Virus record (IMG/VR): IMGVR_UViG_3300020247_000249
DNA from: an uncultured virus (IMG/VR IMGVR_UViG_3300020247_000249)
Taxonomy: Duplodnaviria; Heunggongvirae; Uroviricota; Caudoviricetes
Length of the DNA: 57,744 nucleotides
Reading direction: 5' to 3' (one strand)
Both the position numbers and the translations under genes were made by a program. Under the pieces are notes generated by a model. It had not been told where the DNA came from. It saw only the letters and a list, made by a program, of their open reading frames with translations, and did not search any database. This document shows, piece by piece, positions 28,285 through 37,597 of the stretch (position 1 is its first letter; every line of letters starts with the position of its first letter).

Positions 28285-29001
28285 TTACTGATCTCCGTAG
28301 ATCTCTAGAATCTCTTTTACTGCTTCATGCCTTTCAATATGCGTTTTGTCGAACTGACATATATCAACATATTGATGGTTACGGAAGTTATTATATAACC
28401 CAAGGAACTCAAGTAAGCCGTTATTGCTAGGGCGGTCCGCCTGTTGCAAGTCACCTGTTACCACCATCTTAGATCCTTCACCTAATCTTGTGAGAAGCAT
28501 TTTCATTTGATTAGGCGTAGCGTTTTGCATTTCATCTGCAATAATTACAGAGTGTTTAAAGGTTCGCCCTCGCATATATGCTAAAGGACTAATCTCAAGA
28601 ATACTTTCTCTCATCTGTCGCTCCACTTCACGTTGACAGAAGTTATCAGAAAAAACATCGAAAATTGGTCTTGTCCAAGGAGCCATTTTGTCGTTAAGAT
28701 CTCCTGGTAAAAATCCATGTTGCTCGTCCACAGAAACCGCAGGTCTCGTAATAACAATTTTATCGAAATCTCCGTCTTTCCAAGCATCAATAGCCCATTG
28801 TACACCTAGCATAGTTTTACCTGTACCCGCTGGTCCACATGCAAATACAATATGTGTATCAGCATTGTTTAGCGTTTCTAAGTATATTTCTTGAGCTTTG
28901 TTTTTGGGAGTTAGAGCAACACGTTTGCGTGTCTTTTCGTTAATGTTTATTACGTTGTTGAAGTTTTGTGAGTGGTGAGATTGTTTTCTTTTACTCTTCA
29001 T
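28285..29001 (-). CDS. phoH: PhoH-like ATPase
   Basis: GPAGTGKT, ITRPAV, GFLPG, LAYMRGRTF, DEMQN, LTRLG, VTGD, ERH; start 29001 or 29010. Confidence 0.95.
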   Translation of the reverse strand: MKSKRKQSHHSQNFNNVININEKTRKRVALTPKNKAQEIYLETLNNADTHIVFACGPAGTGKTMLGVQWAIDAWKDGDFDKIVITRPAVSVDEQHGFLPGDLNDKMAPWTRPIFDVFSDNFCQREVERQMRESILEISPLAYMRGRTFKHSVIIADEMQNATPNQMKMLLTRLGEGSKMVVTGDLQQADRPSNNGLLEFLGLYNNFRNHQYVDICQFDKTHIERHEAVKEILEIYGDQ

Positions 29002-29002
29002 A

Positions 29003-29094
29003 TTAAGCATTTCCTCCGTGCTTTGTTGGGCTCAAACACAGAGTTATACCTAAATTAGCGATGTTAAGTCCGTGTTCGAACATACTAATATTTA
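29003..29094 (-). promoter_or_regulatory. phoH leader: late promoter, leaderless 26-codon uORF and long hairpin
   Basis: TAAATA-N5-ATG(29083); uORF stop is 1 nt before phoH ATG; 12+6 bp stem at 29030-29081. Confidence 0.5.
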
Positions 29095-29137
29095 CTCGAT
29101 TAATTCATATATAAAGCTCTTAGTTTAAATTTGAGCA

Positions 29138-29143
29138 TAAATA
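29138..29143 (+). promoter_or_regulatory. Late promoter TAAATA
   Basis: CATAAATAC upstream of SD AGGAG. Confidence 0.6.
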
Positions 29144-29173
29144 CAATAACAATAGGAGAACAGGAAATCTCAG

Positions 29174-29710
29174 ATGGCAACTACTAAAGATATTATTGCA
29201 AACATTGAACAAATTTATGGTTCAAATAACAGCCTAAATCTACTAAAAGACTTCGAACGTGTCTTAGATGAATTAGACGTGTATGTGTATGACGGCTGGT
29301 TAGATGGCGAATTAGTGTCTGGTCCTAACGAATCAAGATACTTTGTTGAATGTACGTTTATGTGGCCATATGAAAATATGCCTGAACCACAAGGCGGTAA
29401 AAGATTAAAAGAATACGGATGCAAAGTAGGCTTTGCAGAATCTGCTATTGCTAAAGTTAGAAAAATTAAAGCAGTAGACGATATTAGACCTGGTACAAGA
29501 AAAGGTAAAATCGACTACGAAAACATTTGGATGGTGAAAATTGCTATGCCAAAACGTTTAATGAAAAACATTGATCGCGGTTATAAGAACCTTGATAGAA
29601 ATAAAGTACAAGACATCATGGCGAACAATGCAGTTAATATGAACCTTGAGCCTGCACAAGAAGTAGCAGCACAACAAGAGGCACCAGCAGATGACACAGC
29701 AGCACAATAA
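29174..29710 (+). CDS. Hypothetical phage protein
   Basis: Full ORF with SD; no recognised catalytic motif. Confidence 0.8.
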   Translation: MATTKDIIANIEQIYGSNNSLNLLKDFERVLDELDVYVYDGWLDGELVSGPNESRYFVECTFMWPYENMPEPQGGKRLKEYGCKVGFAESAIAKVRKIKAVDDIRPGTRKGKIDYENIWMVKIAMPKRLMKNIDRGYKNLDRNKVQDIMANNAVNMNLEPAQEVAAQQEAPADDTAAQ

Positions 29711-30443
29711 AGTTTTAGAAGAAGGATTACGTAAAAACGATCTAGTGGATCTAGTATATCCTATGTTTGAAGTAGATAAGTTTAGATCAAAGATGGGAGA
29801 AGATAGAGATGTTTGTGTTGTAACATTCCAAGCAAAAGACAGATACCCAGCAAGAGATTTAATGGAGTTTATCGAAAAAGGATTTTCATTTGTGCTTGAT
29901 GCAGATGTTAGTTCAGGAGAGAACGAAGAAGGCGAATATTCAGTATTTGTAGAAATTGAAAGAAACAAAAGGCTAGCAGAACAAATTGACGATTTACTTT
30001 ATGGTGTATCTAAACTAACAGGCATTGAAGATTGGAAGTTTCAATACTATAAAGACGATAAGAAAAGAGAAGCTACAAGAGAAAATTTAAGCAAAGTTAT
30101 TCCTACAGATAAACAAATGTACGAAGCGAAACTAGCACAGGTAAGAACAGACGAAGTAAAGACTTTCTTTTCTAAAACGCTCATGGACAACTTAGAACTT
30201 GAAGATGATATCATTACATTTTATAAGCCCTTCGGTAATGTTATCAAGATGAAATGGATAAAAGAGGGCGCAACAAAAGATATAATCGAAGGTCTTGATG
30301 CAACTACGGATATTGGTTTAGATGCTTCTGCTGAAACATTTTGGTTAAGCAAAGTACTAGGCGACTACAATATTAATAAAGTTGGCGCTGACTTCGTATT
30401 TACTAATGGACCAAAGTCCATGATATTACAAAGGATTGAATAA
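29691..30443 (+). CDS. Hypothetical phage protein
   Basis: Overlapping start; N-terminal VLEE-GLR may be a protease site. Confidence 0.8.
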   Translation: MTQQHNKVLEEGLRKNDLVDLVYPMFEVDKFRSKMGEDRDVCVVTFQAKDRYPARDLMEFIEKGFSFVLDADVSSGENEEGEYSVFVEIERNKRLAEQIDDLLYGVSKLTGIEDWKFQYYKDDKKREATRENLSKVIPTDKQMYEAKLAQVRTDEVKTFFSKTLMDNLELEDDIITFYKPFGNVIKMKWIKEGATKDIIEGLDATTDIGLDASAETFWLSKVLGDYNINKVGADFVFTNGPKSMILQRIE

Positions 30444-31282
30444 TGAAATTTGAGTTTACAAAAGAGATGTGTGCAGAAGTATTGCACGGTAACAGTAAAG
30501 TAGACGAATGGTATGAAGCACTTCTTGAGATGCTTCCTAAGTATGAAATTGATACTGTCGATAGAGCAGCAGGATTTTTAGCACAATGCGCTCACGAAAG
30601 TCTTAACTTTAGAGTACTTGAAGAAAATTTAAACTATAGTGCAAAAGCATTAGATGCAGTATTTGGAAAATACTTTGCACGTGGTGGCAGAGATGCAAAC
30701 GAATATGCAAGACAACCAGAAAAAATTGCAAACGTAACATACGCAAATAGAATTGGTAATGGAGATACAGCATCAGGAGATGGTTGGCGTTTCCGTGGTA
30801 GAGGTGTTATTCAATTAACTGGTCGTGCTAACTATGCTGACTTTGGTAAAACAATTGGCATGACTGCTGAAGAAGTAATTGATTATGTAACTACTATCAA
30901 AGGTGCATTAGAAAGTGCATGTTGGTTCTGGGACACAAGAAATATTAATGCTATGGCTGACAATCAAGATATTGTTGCTATGAGTAAAAAGGTTAACGGC
31001 GGAACAGTAGGCCTTGAAGATCGTAAAAAACATTTTAAACATTTCTTAGATGTATTAGGTGGAAACTTTGATCCTAGTAAAGCACCAGCACCAGTTGTTG
31101 GTATTTTAAGAAAAGGTGCAAAAGGTGCAGCAGTTATGCAAATGCAAGAGAAACTTGGTATTGCAGCAGACGGCGACTTTGGTCCTGGTACTGAAAAGGC
31201 TGTTAAAGAGTGGCAAACCAAAAATGGTTTAGTTGCAGACGGCATTGTAGGTCCTAAGACCCTTGCTAAGTTGATGGAGTAG
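30443..31282 (+). CDS. Endolysin, GH19 chitinase-like lysozyme with C-terminal peptidoglycan-binding domain
   Basis: FLAQCAHES, EENLNYS, YANRIGNG, FRGRGVIQLTG, VNGG; DGDFGPGTEKAV...DGIVGPKT. Confidence 0.92.
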   Translation: MKFEFTKEMCAEVLHGNSKVDEWYEALLEMLPKYEIDTVDRAAGFLAQCAHESLNFRVLEENLNYSAKALDAVFGKYFARGGRDANEYARQPEKIANVTYANRIGNGDTASGDGWRFRGRGVIQLTGRANYADFGKTIGMTAEEVIDYVTTIKGALESACWFWDTRNINAMADNQDIVAMSKKVNGGTVGLEDRKKHFKHFLDVLGGNFDPSKAPAPVVGILRKGAKGAAVMQMQEKLGIAADGDFGPGTEKAVKEWQTKNGLVADGIVGPKTLAKLME

Positions 31283-31283
31283 A

Positions 31284-31427
31284 ATGTCCGGAGTTTGTCA
31301 AAACTGTGGAAGGGAACACGAAGGCCGATTAGTCGAAACATTTAAGGATGGAGACAATAAGCCAATAGAGATAGTAGTGTGTCAATATCCAAGGTATAAA
31401 TACGAAGCACAAACTAACGAGGATTAA
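31284..31427 (+). CDS. Small Cys/His protein (47 aa), not in ORF track
   Basis: SD GGAG; MSGVCQNCGREH...IVVCQYPRY. Confidence 0.6.
   Translation: MSGVCQNCGREHEGRLVETFKDGDNKPIEIVVCQYPRYKYEAQTNED
31395..31402 (+). promoter_or_regulatory. Late promoter TATAAATA
   Basis: Exact T4 late consensus ahead of the ACP-like gene and spanins. Confidence 0.6.
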
Positions 31428-31430
31428 ATT

Positions 31431-31661
31431 ATGTGGAAAGAGCAAGTCATGCAAGTACTGGAAAGACATTTCGGTACTGGAAAAGAGATCACTGAAGCAA
31501 GTCATTTCATTGATGATTTAGATGGAGATGATTTTGACATTGTTGATGTTACCGATCAAGTTTGTAAAAAATTAGAAATCAATATTCCAGAAGAAGATAC
31601 ATTTAACATTGAAACAGTACAAGACTTACTAAACGAGGTGGAGAAGAACATTGTTCAGTAG
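31431..31661 (+). CDS. Acyl-carrier-protein-like protein lacking the phosphopantetheinylation Ser
   Basis: EITEASHFIDDLDGDDFDIVD...INIPEEDTFNIETVQDLLNEV aligns to ACP, with DSL replaced by DDF. Confidence 0.8.
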   Translation: MWKEQVMQVLERHFGTGKEITEASHFIDDLDGDDFDIVDVTDQVCKKLEINIPEEDTFNIETVQDLLNEVEKNIVQ

Positions 31662-32136
31662 TATTAGAATAGCAATGATTCTAGTTGTACTTGCTGCGGC
31701 AGGTGGCGGATTTATGTATGTGAAAGCATTACAAAAAGATCTTGACACAGCAAAAGCAAACATTGTTAAACTAGAAGATGGCATCAATGAGCAAAAGGCT
31801 GTAATTGAACAGCAGAAAAAAGATTTTGAAGCCATTATTAAAGTCCGAAATGACCTTGAGGACTTAAATAGAGTATTAGAAACTGCAAATAGAAACCTAA
31901 ATGAAAAATTTAATAAACTAAATGCAGCAGGTGATAAGAGAGATATTGGGGCTTTATCAGTAACTAGACCAAAGTCCATTGAAAGAATTTTAAATAAAGA
32001 TGAAGTTCACGAGAGACGTTGTTTTGAAATTATAGGCGGCGCTCCGTTAACTGAAGAGGAGTTAAATGCTACAAAGAAGTCAAAGGTCAATTCTGTTTGT
32101 CCTGAACTTGCTAATCCTAACTACGTTGCTTACTAG
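31651..32136 (+). CDS. Inner-membrane spanin (Rz-like)
   Basis: N-terminal TM segment plus long coiled coil; overlaps the lipoprotein gene; downstream of endolysin. Confidence 0.75.
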   Translation: MFSSIRIAMILVVLAAAGGGFMYVKALQKDLDTAKANIVKLEDGINEQKAVIEQQKKDFEAIIKVRNDLEDLNRVLETANRNLNEKFNKLNAAGDKRDIGALSVTRPKSIERILNKDEVHERRCFEIIGGAPLTEEELNATKKSKVNSVCPELANPNYVAY

Positions 32137-32446
32137 TTGTAGTACGATTAAGCCGTTAGAAGTTTTTAAAACAGAAGTTGAACGCAGACCATTAAACTTA
32201 CCTTTACCTGAACCAGCAGCACTAGAACAAGTTCGCTGGATCATAATTAATCGCGAAAACGCAGAACAAGTATTTAAAGACTTAGAAAAGAATAACATTG
32301 ATCCTGTTATTATAGGATTAACAGACGAAGACTACGAAAACTTTAGAAAAAATTATGCACAAATCCGTGCATACATGATCAAGCAAAACAAAATCATTGA
32401 TGCTTATAAAGAGTACTACGAAAGCGAAACTGCTGAAGAAAAATAG
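32066..32446 (+). CDS. Outer-membrane spanin lipoprotein (Rz1-like)
   Basis: Lipobox LLTSC; Pro-rich segment; overlaps i-spanin 3' end. Confidence 0.75.
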   Translation: MLQRSQRSILFVLNLLILTTLLTSCSTIKPLEVFKTEVERRPLNLPLPEPAALEQVRWIIINRENAEQVFKDLEKNNIDPVIIGLTDEDYENFRKNYAQIRAYMIKQNKIIDAYKEYYESETAEEK

Positions 32447-32607
32447 TGCTAACAAGGGCGATCATAATAGCATTTCTAGTTATGCTTGCCTCCTGTCAAC
32501 AACTACGCTGTAAACTTAAACCTGGCGTAGATGTAAGCATCGAATCAACAGATACCAAACAACTACCTAACGTCAAGCCCAAAGCTGAAGTTAATTGTGC
32601 ATTTTAA
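32446..32607 (+). CDS. Small lipoprotein (53 aa), not in ORF track
   Basis: TAGTG overlap; MLTRAIIIAFLVMLAS-C lipobox; ends VNCAF. Confidence 0.65.
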   Translation: MLTRAIIIAFLVMLASCQQLRCKLKPGVDVSIESTDTKQLPNVKPKAEVNCAF

Positions 32608-32639
32608 ATAAATACTACTATAATTAACTAGGAGCGAAT

Positions 32640-32921
32640 ATGTGGGAAATGATAGAAAGAATGGCGACTGATCGCTTGTGGATCTACACAGCAATCGCAG
32701 GTTCTCTACTTGGAGCAGCATTCTTGTTTTGGTTTAAAGACACAAGAATGGCAACTTGGGCAGTTGCAAAGTTTGATAACTTTCTTGCTTACCTAGCAGT
32801 ACGTTGGGGGTGGACTTGGTTACAGGATGACCCGGACGCCTGGCGTGTTAAATATCCTAAAATTACATCAAAGATTGACGAATTAGAAAAACGTATTAAA
32901 CATCTTGAGGGGAAGAGATAA
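32640..32921 (+). CDS. Membrane protein (holin/antiholin candidate)
   Basis: SD AGGAG; one TM segment; TAAATA at 32605/32609. Confidence 0.7.
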   Translation: MWEMIERMATDRLWIYTAIAGSLLGAAFLFWFKDTRMATWAVAKFDNFLAYLAVRWGWTWLQDDPDAWRVKYPKITSKIDELEKRIKHLEGKR

Positions 32922-33214
32922 TGAGCGACACTCAAACTAAAAAAGTAAATATCGAACTTGAAGTAGATACAACTACTGTTGACAGTTCTAAAAATAGATA
33001 CCAAACTTGGATTGATCTTGCAAGAGCTGTAGACAGTTGGAGAATATTTCCAAGACTGTTTATCACAGTGTATATTGTTTTGCTATATCAAGTTGTACAT
33101 TGGTACATGGGATTAGGAACGGCTGCTACTATGGAACAGTCAGGACTTGTTTCAGTTGTAGTTGGTGCTGGTGCTGCATGGTTTGGCTTATACGCTGGAA
33201 CCAGTAAGAAGTAG
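32921..33214 (+). CDS. 2-TM membrane protein (holin candidate)
   Basis: DSWRIFPRL..., GAGAAWFGLY; located in the lysis cassette. Confidence 0.7.
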   Translation: MSDTQTKKVNIELEVDTTTVDSSKNRYQTWIDLARAVDSWRIFPRLFITVYIVLLYQVVHWYMGLGTAATMEQSGLVSVVVGAGAAWFGLYAGTSKK

Positions 33215-33243
33215 CCCACTAAGTATTACAAATAAGTACTAGT

Positions 33244-34053
33244 ATGGACTACTATTCTATACTAGGCGTCAATAGAGATGCTTCGGAAAAGGAACTTAAA
33301 TCAGCATACAAGAAAGCAAGTATGCAACATCATCCTGACAGGGGTGGTGATGAAGAAAAGTTTAAGAAAATTAACGAAGCATATTCAACTCTAAAAGATC
33401 CTGTAAAAAGACAACAGTACGATAATCCTCAACCACAGGGCTTTGGCCCTAACGGTTTTGAAGGAATGAATCCCAATGGGTTTGAAGATCTATTTAGAAA
33501 CTTTGGCTTTAACATGGGTCAACGCAGACCACAGAATAGACAAATTGATCTTGCTCTTGATGTAACAATGGAAGATGTTTACAACGGTAAACAAATTGCT
33601 ATGGAAGTTCAACTTCCTACAGGCAGAACTAAACTAATCGATATTGATATTCCAGCAGGTGTTGAAGAAGGACAAACTGTAAGGTATGCAGGAATGGGAG
33701 ATAATTCTATCCAAAACATTCCAGCAGGAGACCTAATGGTGCATATTCGTGTTCGCAATCACCCCAGGTTCCAACGCTACGGTGATAATATACTATGTGA
33801 AGAAAAAATTCTTATATGGGATTTGATGTTAGGCACACACGCAGTAGTTACTACCCTTTCAGGCAGACAAATTAAATTAAACGTACCAGCAGGCACACCA
33901 CCCGATACTACACTAAGTTGTAACGGTGAAGGATTACCAAATATAAGAACAAAAAAGAGAGGAAACTTGTTAGTAAAAATTAAAGCACTTATGCCAAGAG
34001 AGTATACAGACGAACAACGTAAAAAAATTATGGAAATAAAACATGGACTATAA
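33244..34053 (+). CDS. dnaJ: DnaJ-class co-chaperone (CbpA-like, no Zn finger)
   Basis: DYYSILGV, HHPDRGG, INEAYSTL, G/F-rich linker, GDL.V; TAAGTA-N5-ATG leaderless. Confidence 0.92.
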   Translation: MDYYSILGVNRDASEKELKSAYKKASMQHHPDRGGDEEKFKKINEAYSTLKDPVKRQQYDNPQPQGFGPNGFEGMNPNGFEDLFRNFGFNMGQRRPQNRQIDLALDVTMEDVYNGKQIAMEVQLPTGRTKLIDIDIPAGVEEGQTVRYAGMGDNSIQNIPAGDLMVHIRVRNHPRFQRYGDNILCEEKILIWDLMLGTHAVVTTLSGRQIKLNVPAGTPPDTTLSCNGEGLPNIRTKKRGNLLVKIKALMPREYTDEQRKKIMEIKHGL

Positions 34054-34576
34054 ATTAGATTTAGATTATAAATTAGGCTTACACAAAGCACTAAATGAAT
34101 CTAGTGAAGTATGGGACTTTGATAAAGAAGAGCTAGACCCAGAAAAATTAGAGTTTGATATGTGTAACTTTATGCTAAATCACAACGGCATTGGTCTTGC
34201 TGCTAACCAGTTAAATATTAAGAAGAGAGTGTTTGCTATAGGATCAAAAAACGTACCAGGTTTTCCAGAACCGTTCTGTGTTTTTAATCCTGTCATTTTA
34301 GAAGCAAGTGAGGAACATGTTTTAGATAAAGAAGGCTGTTTGAGCTTTCCGGGTTTATGGTTACATTTGCAGAGACCTAAAATGATAGTTGCACAATATC
34401 AGAATTCAAAAGGCGAAACGAAAGAAGCAAAAGTAGAAGGTTATCTTGCTAAATGCTTTCAGCATGAATTAGATCACCTAAATGGCATTTGTTTTGTTGA
34501 CAAAGTGAGTCGGTTGAAGTTACAATTAGCTATGAAGAAATTAAAAAAGAGACAAAAATTAAATGATCGAACCTAG
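34043..34576 (+). CDS. def: Peptide deformylase
   Basis: GIGLAANQ, EGCLSFP, QHELDHLNG. Confidence 0.95.
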   Translation: MDYKLDLDYKLGLHKALNESSEVWDFDKEELDPEKLEFDMCNFMLNHNGIGLAANQLNIKKRVFAIGSKNVPGFPEPFCVFNPVILEASEEHVLDKEGCLSFPGLWLHLQRPKMIVAQYQNSKGETKEAKVEGYLAKCFQHELDHLNGICFVDKVSRLKLQLAMKKLKKRQKLNDRT

Positions 34577-36893
34577 TAAACAATTACAAAAGATTTTTGA
34601 TGCTTCAGTAGTAGTTGCGCAGAATCATACGCACACACATATTACTATTGAACATTTGGTGTACTCAATTTTTGCTGACCCAGATACAGCAGGTGGTCTT
34701 AAAGAATTTGGTGCTGATGTTGACTTTATTAAAAAGAACCTAGAGCATTACTTAAAAAACAACTTAGGTGATATTGTTTCTAAGGATAAGAATATAAATC
34801 CTAAGAAAACTGCATCTGTTGAACGTGTTTTAAATAGATGCTTTACACAAGTATTGTTTAGTGGACGTAATCAAATTGAAGTTGCTGACGTAATCATTAG
34901 TGTTATGAGCGAGAAAAACTCTTTTGCATTTTACTTCTTAGCAAAAGGTGGAATTGATAAACAGAAATTTGTAGAGCATTTCCAAGCACATCATATTGGT
35001 GAAGAAATGTTTGAAGGTGGCGGGGAAGAAGATATCAATCTAAGCCCAGATCAATTAGATAGAATTATTAATCAATTCTGTACTAACTTGTCTATGAAGG
35101 CAAAGCAAAGAGTCATTGATCCTGTTATCGGACGTGACGAAGAAATTGAAAAAATTGAATTAGTATTAGCAAGACGTAACAAAGCAAACGTACTAATGGT
35201 TGGTGATCCAGGTGTTGGTAAGACTGCTATTGCTGAAGGTCTTGCACGTAAGATTCATGAAAAGAAAGTACCTAAGTTTATTCAAGATCATTTAGTGTTT
35301 AGTTTAGACATTAGTTCTTTAGTTGCTGGCAGTAAGTATAGAGGTGACTTTGAAGAACGTATTAAGGCAGTACTAATGGCCCTTGAGCGTAAAGGTAAAA
35401 TTATCTTATTCATTGATGAAGCACACATGATGAGTGGTGCTGGTTCAGGCGGACAAGGACAGTCAAACGACTTAGCAAATATGCTGAAGCCTGCACTTAC
35501 AAAAGGCAACATGAAAGTTATTGCTTCTACTACTTGGGAAGAGTATAGAAAATCTTTTGAAAAAGATAGAGCATTAATGCGTAGGTTCCAACGTGTAACT
35601 ATTGACGAACCAACAGCAGATCTTACAGTAAAAATTATTAAAGGCTTACGTAAGTACTACGAACAGCATCATAATGTTAAGATTACAAATGAAGCAATTC
35701 AACAAGCAGTAAACTTATCTGTCAAGTACATGGCTGATAAAAAGTTACCTGACAAAGCAATTGATATTATTGATTGTGCTTCAGCAAGATACAAGTTAAA
35801 TGAAACTGACGAAACTGAAACAGTTGCACAAATTGTTGACATTGAACAAGTAACATACGAACTTGCTAAAATGGTAAGTATGCCGCTAGAAACTATTTCG
35901 CAAAAAGAAAGTAACAATCTTGCTGGACTTGATGCGTCAATGAAGAAAGCAGTATTCGGACAAGACAAAGCAGTTGAATCTATTCTTGATAAGATCTTTG
36001 TTGCACAAAGTGGAATGAAAGATCCTGACAAGCCAATTGGTAGTTTCTTATTCTTAGGACCAACAGGAACAGGTAAAACAGAAACAGCAAAACAACTTGC
36101 AGAGAAAATGGGTATGTCACTAATACGTTTTGATATGTCAGAGTATCAAGAAAAACACAGTGTTGCAAGATTAATTGGTGCTCCTCCAGGTTATGTAGGA
36201 TTTGATGATGACGCTGGCCAACTTATTAACAAGTTACAAGAAACACCTAATGCTGTATTGTTGTTAGACGAAATTGAAAAAGCACACAAAGATGTATCAA
36301 ACATTTTGCTACAGTTTATGGACAACGGTTTTGTTACAGGATCAAATGGTAAACGTGCAGATGGACGTAACACTATTCTTATTATGACAAGTAACTTAGG
36401 TGCTGCTGACAATGAATCAAAATTAATTGGCTTTGCTGATAACGAGAAAGACTCGGAAGATGATAAAGCAGTTAAAAAGTTTTTTGCTCCAGAGTTTAGA
36501 AATAGATTAGACGGTACAGTTAAGTTTGCTAAACTATCTACTGATGTAGTTAAAAGTATTGTTCATAAGTTTATTAAAGAACTTAATACACAACTAAAAG
36601 AGAAGCACATTGCAATTACACTTGACGAAGATACTGTTAATTGGTTATCTAAGAAAGGTTACAATCCTAAGATGGGTGCAAGGCCTTTAGGTAGATTAAT
36701 TGATAAAACAATTAAAACACCTTTAAGTAGGAGAGTGTTGTTTGGAGATTTAGTTGACGGGGGTAAAGTTGCTGTATCAATCGATAAAGACGGTCCAGCG
36801 TTTACAATTACTCCTATGCCAAAGCCTTTGACTAAAGAAGAACGTAAAGCACAGAAGCTGGCTGCTAAGGCGCAGGCTAGTAATGATGCTTAA
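34563..36893 (+). CDS. clpA: ATP-dependent Clp protease ATPase subunit ClpA
   Basis: Two AAA+ modules (GDPGVGKT, GPTGTGKT), no ClpB middle domain, LIGF ClpP-binding loop. Confidence 0.92.
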   Translation: MIEPSKQLQKIFDASVVVAQNHTHTHITIEHLVYSIFADPDTAGGLKEFGADVDFIKKNLEHYLKNNLGDIVSKDKNINPKKTASVERVLNRCFTQVLFSGRNQIEVADVIISVMSEKNSFAFYFLAKGGIDKQKFVEHFQAHHIGEEMFEGGGEEDINLSPDQLDRIINQFCTNLSMKAKQRVIDPVIGRDEEIEKIELVLARRNKANVLMVGDPGVGKTAIAEGLARKIHEKKVPKFIQDHLVFSLDISSLVAGSKYRGDFEERIKAVLMALERKGKIILFIDEAHMMSGAGSGGQGQSNDLANMLKPALTKGNMKVIASTTWEEYRKSFEKDRALMRRFQRVTIDEPTADLTVKIIKGLRKYYEQHHNVKITNEAIQQAVNLSVKYMADKKLPDKAIDIIDCASARYKLNETDETETVAQIVDIEQVTYELAKMVSMPLETISQKESNNLAGLDASMKKAVFGQDKAVESILDKIFVAQSGMKDPDKPIGSFLFLGPTGTGKTETAKQLAEKMGMSLIRFDMSEYQEKHSVARLIGAPPGYVGFDDDAGQLINKLQETPNAVLLLDEIEKAHKDVSNILLQFMDNGFVTGSNGKRADGRNTILIMTSNLGAADNESKLIGFADNEKDSEDDKAVKKFFAPEFRNRLDGTVKFAKLSTDVVKSIVHKFIKELNTQLKEKHIAITLDEDTVNWLSKKGYNPKMGARPLGRLIDKTIKTPLSRRVLFGDLVDGGKVAVSIDKDGPAFTITPMPKPLTKEERKAQKLAAKAQASNDA

Positions 36894-37593
36894 GACAGCA
36901 AAGAAAACTAAAAAGAAGTTCTATAACAAGTATATCTACAAAGTTAGTTTAACGTTACCTGGTGCATATAGTTTACGTACACTCGGTCATCAAGAGATCT
37001 TGGACTTTGCGACCGGTTTACGACCGCCTCCACAGTCAGATGGAGCAGATTATAGTGAAGCAACTTGGCGTACAAGAAATGCTCATACAATATTAAAGCA
37101 TAGTCAAACATGGATATCTTTTTTAGGTATTATAAATTCAGTACCAAAGAATGAAGTAACTATTCGAATTGAAACTGATATATTAGATGTGTATACAAAT
37201 AACAAAACACTTTATGGAACACTTTGTTATGAGTTTTCAGATATAACTAGAAACAGGTTTGAGCCTGCTCCTGGTATGGAAGACACTTTGCTTTATAGTG
37301 ATCAAGAAATATTTGTAAAAGAATTACCACACAGCATGTATAACTATCAGATAGATCTTAAAACTCCTAAATCTTTAACATTCGGAGAGCTTGAAAGTTT
37401 AGCAGACTGGTGCCGTTCACGAAAACCTGCTATTGCATTTACTGATGCTACCTATAACTGGCTTCTTAAACGTGATATATTCAACACTAGACGTTGGATA
37501 TACGTTGATAACGATAGTACGCTACTGATGCTTAGATTGCGCTGTAACGACCTTATAGGCACTGTACGTAAATATGTAAAAACAGGTAAATAG
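36883..37593 (+). CDS. Hypothetical protein
   Basis: Full ORF overlapping the clpA stop. Confidence 0.75.
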   Translation: MMLKTAKKTKKKFYNKYIYKVSLTLPGAYSLRTLGHQEILDFATGLRPPPQSDGADYSEATWRTRNAHTILKHSQTWISFLGIINSVPKNEVTIRIETDILDVYTNNKTLYGTLCYEFSDITRNRFEPAPGMEDTLLYSDQEIFVKELPHSMYNYQIDLKTPKSLTFGELESLADWCRSRKPAIAFTDATYNWLLKRDIFNTRRWIYVDNDSTLLMLRLRCNDLIGTVRKYVKTGK

Positions 37594-37597
37594 TAAT

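Noticed and set aside
34541..34576. A_AAA_AAG near the end of def as a possible PDF-ClpA fusion frameshift
   Set aside because: The -1 frame hits TGA at 34564; clpA is in the +1 frame
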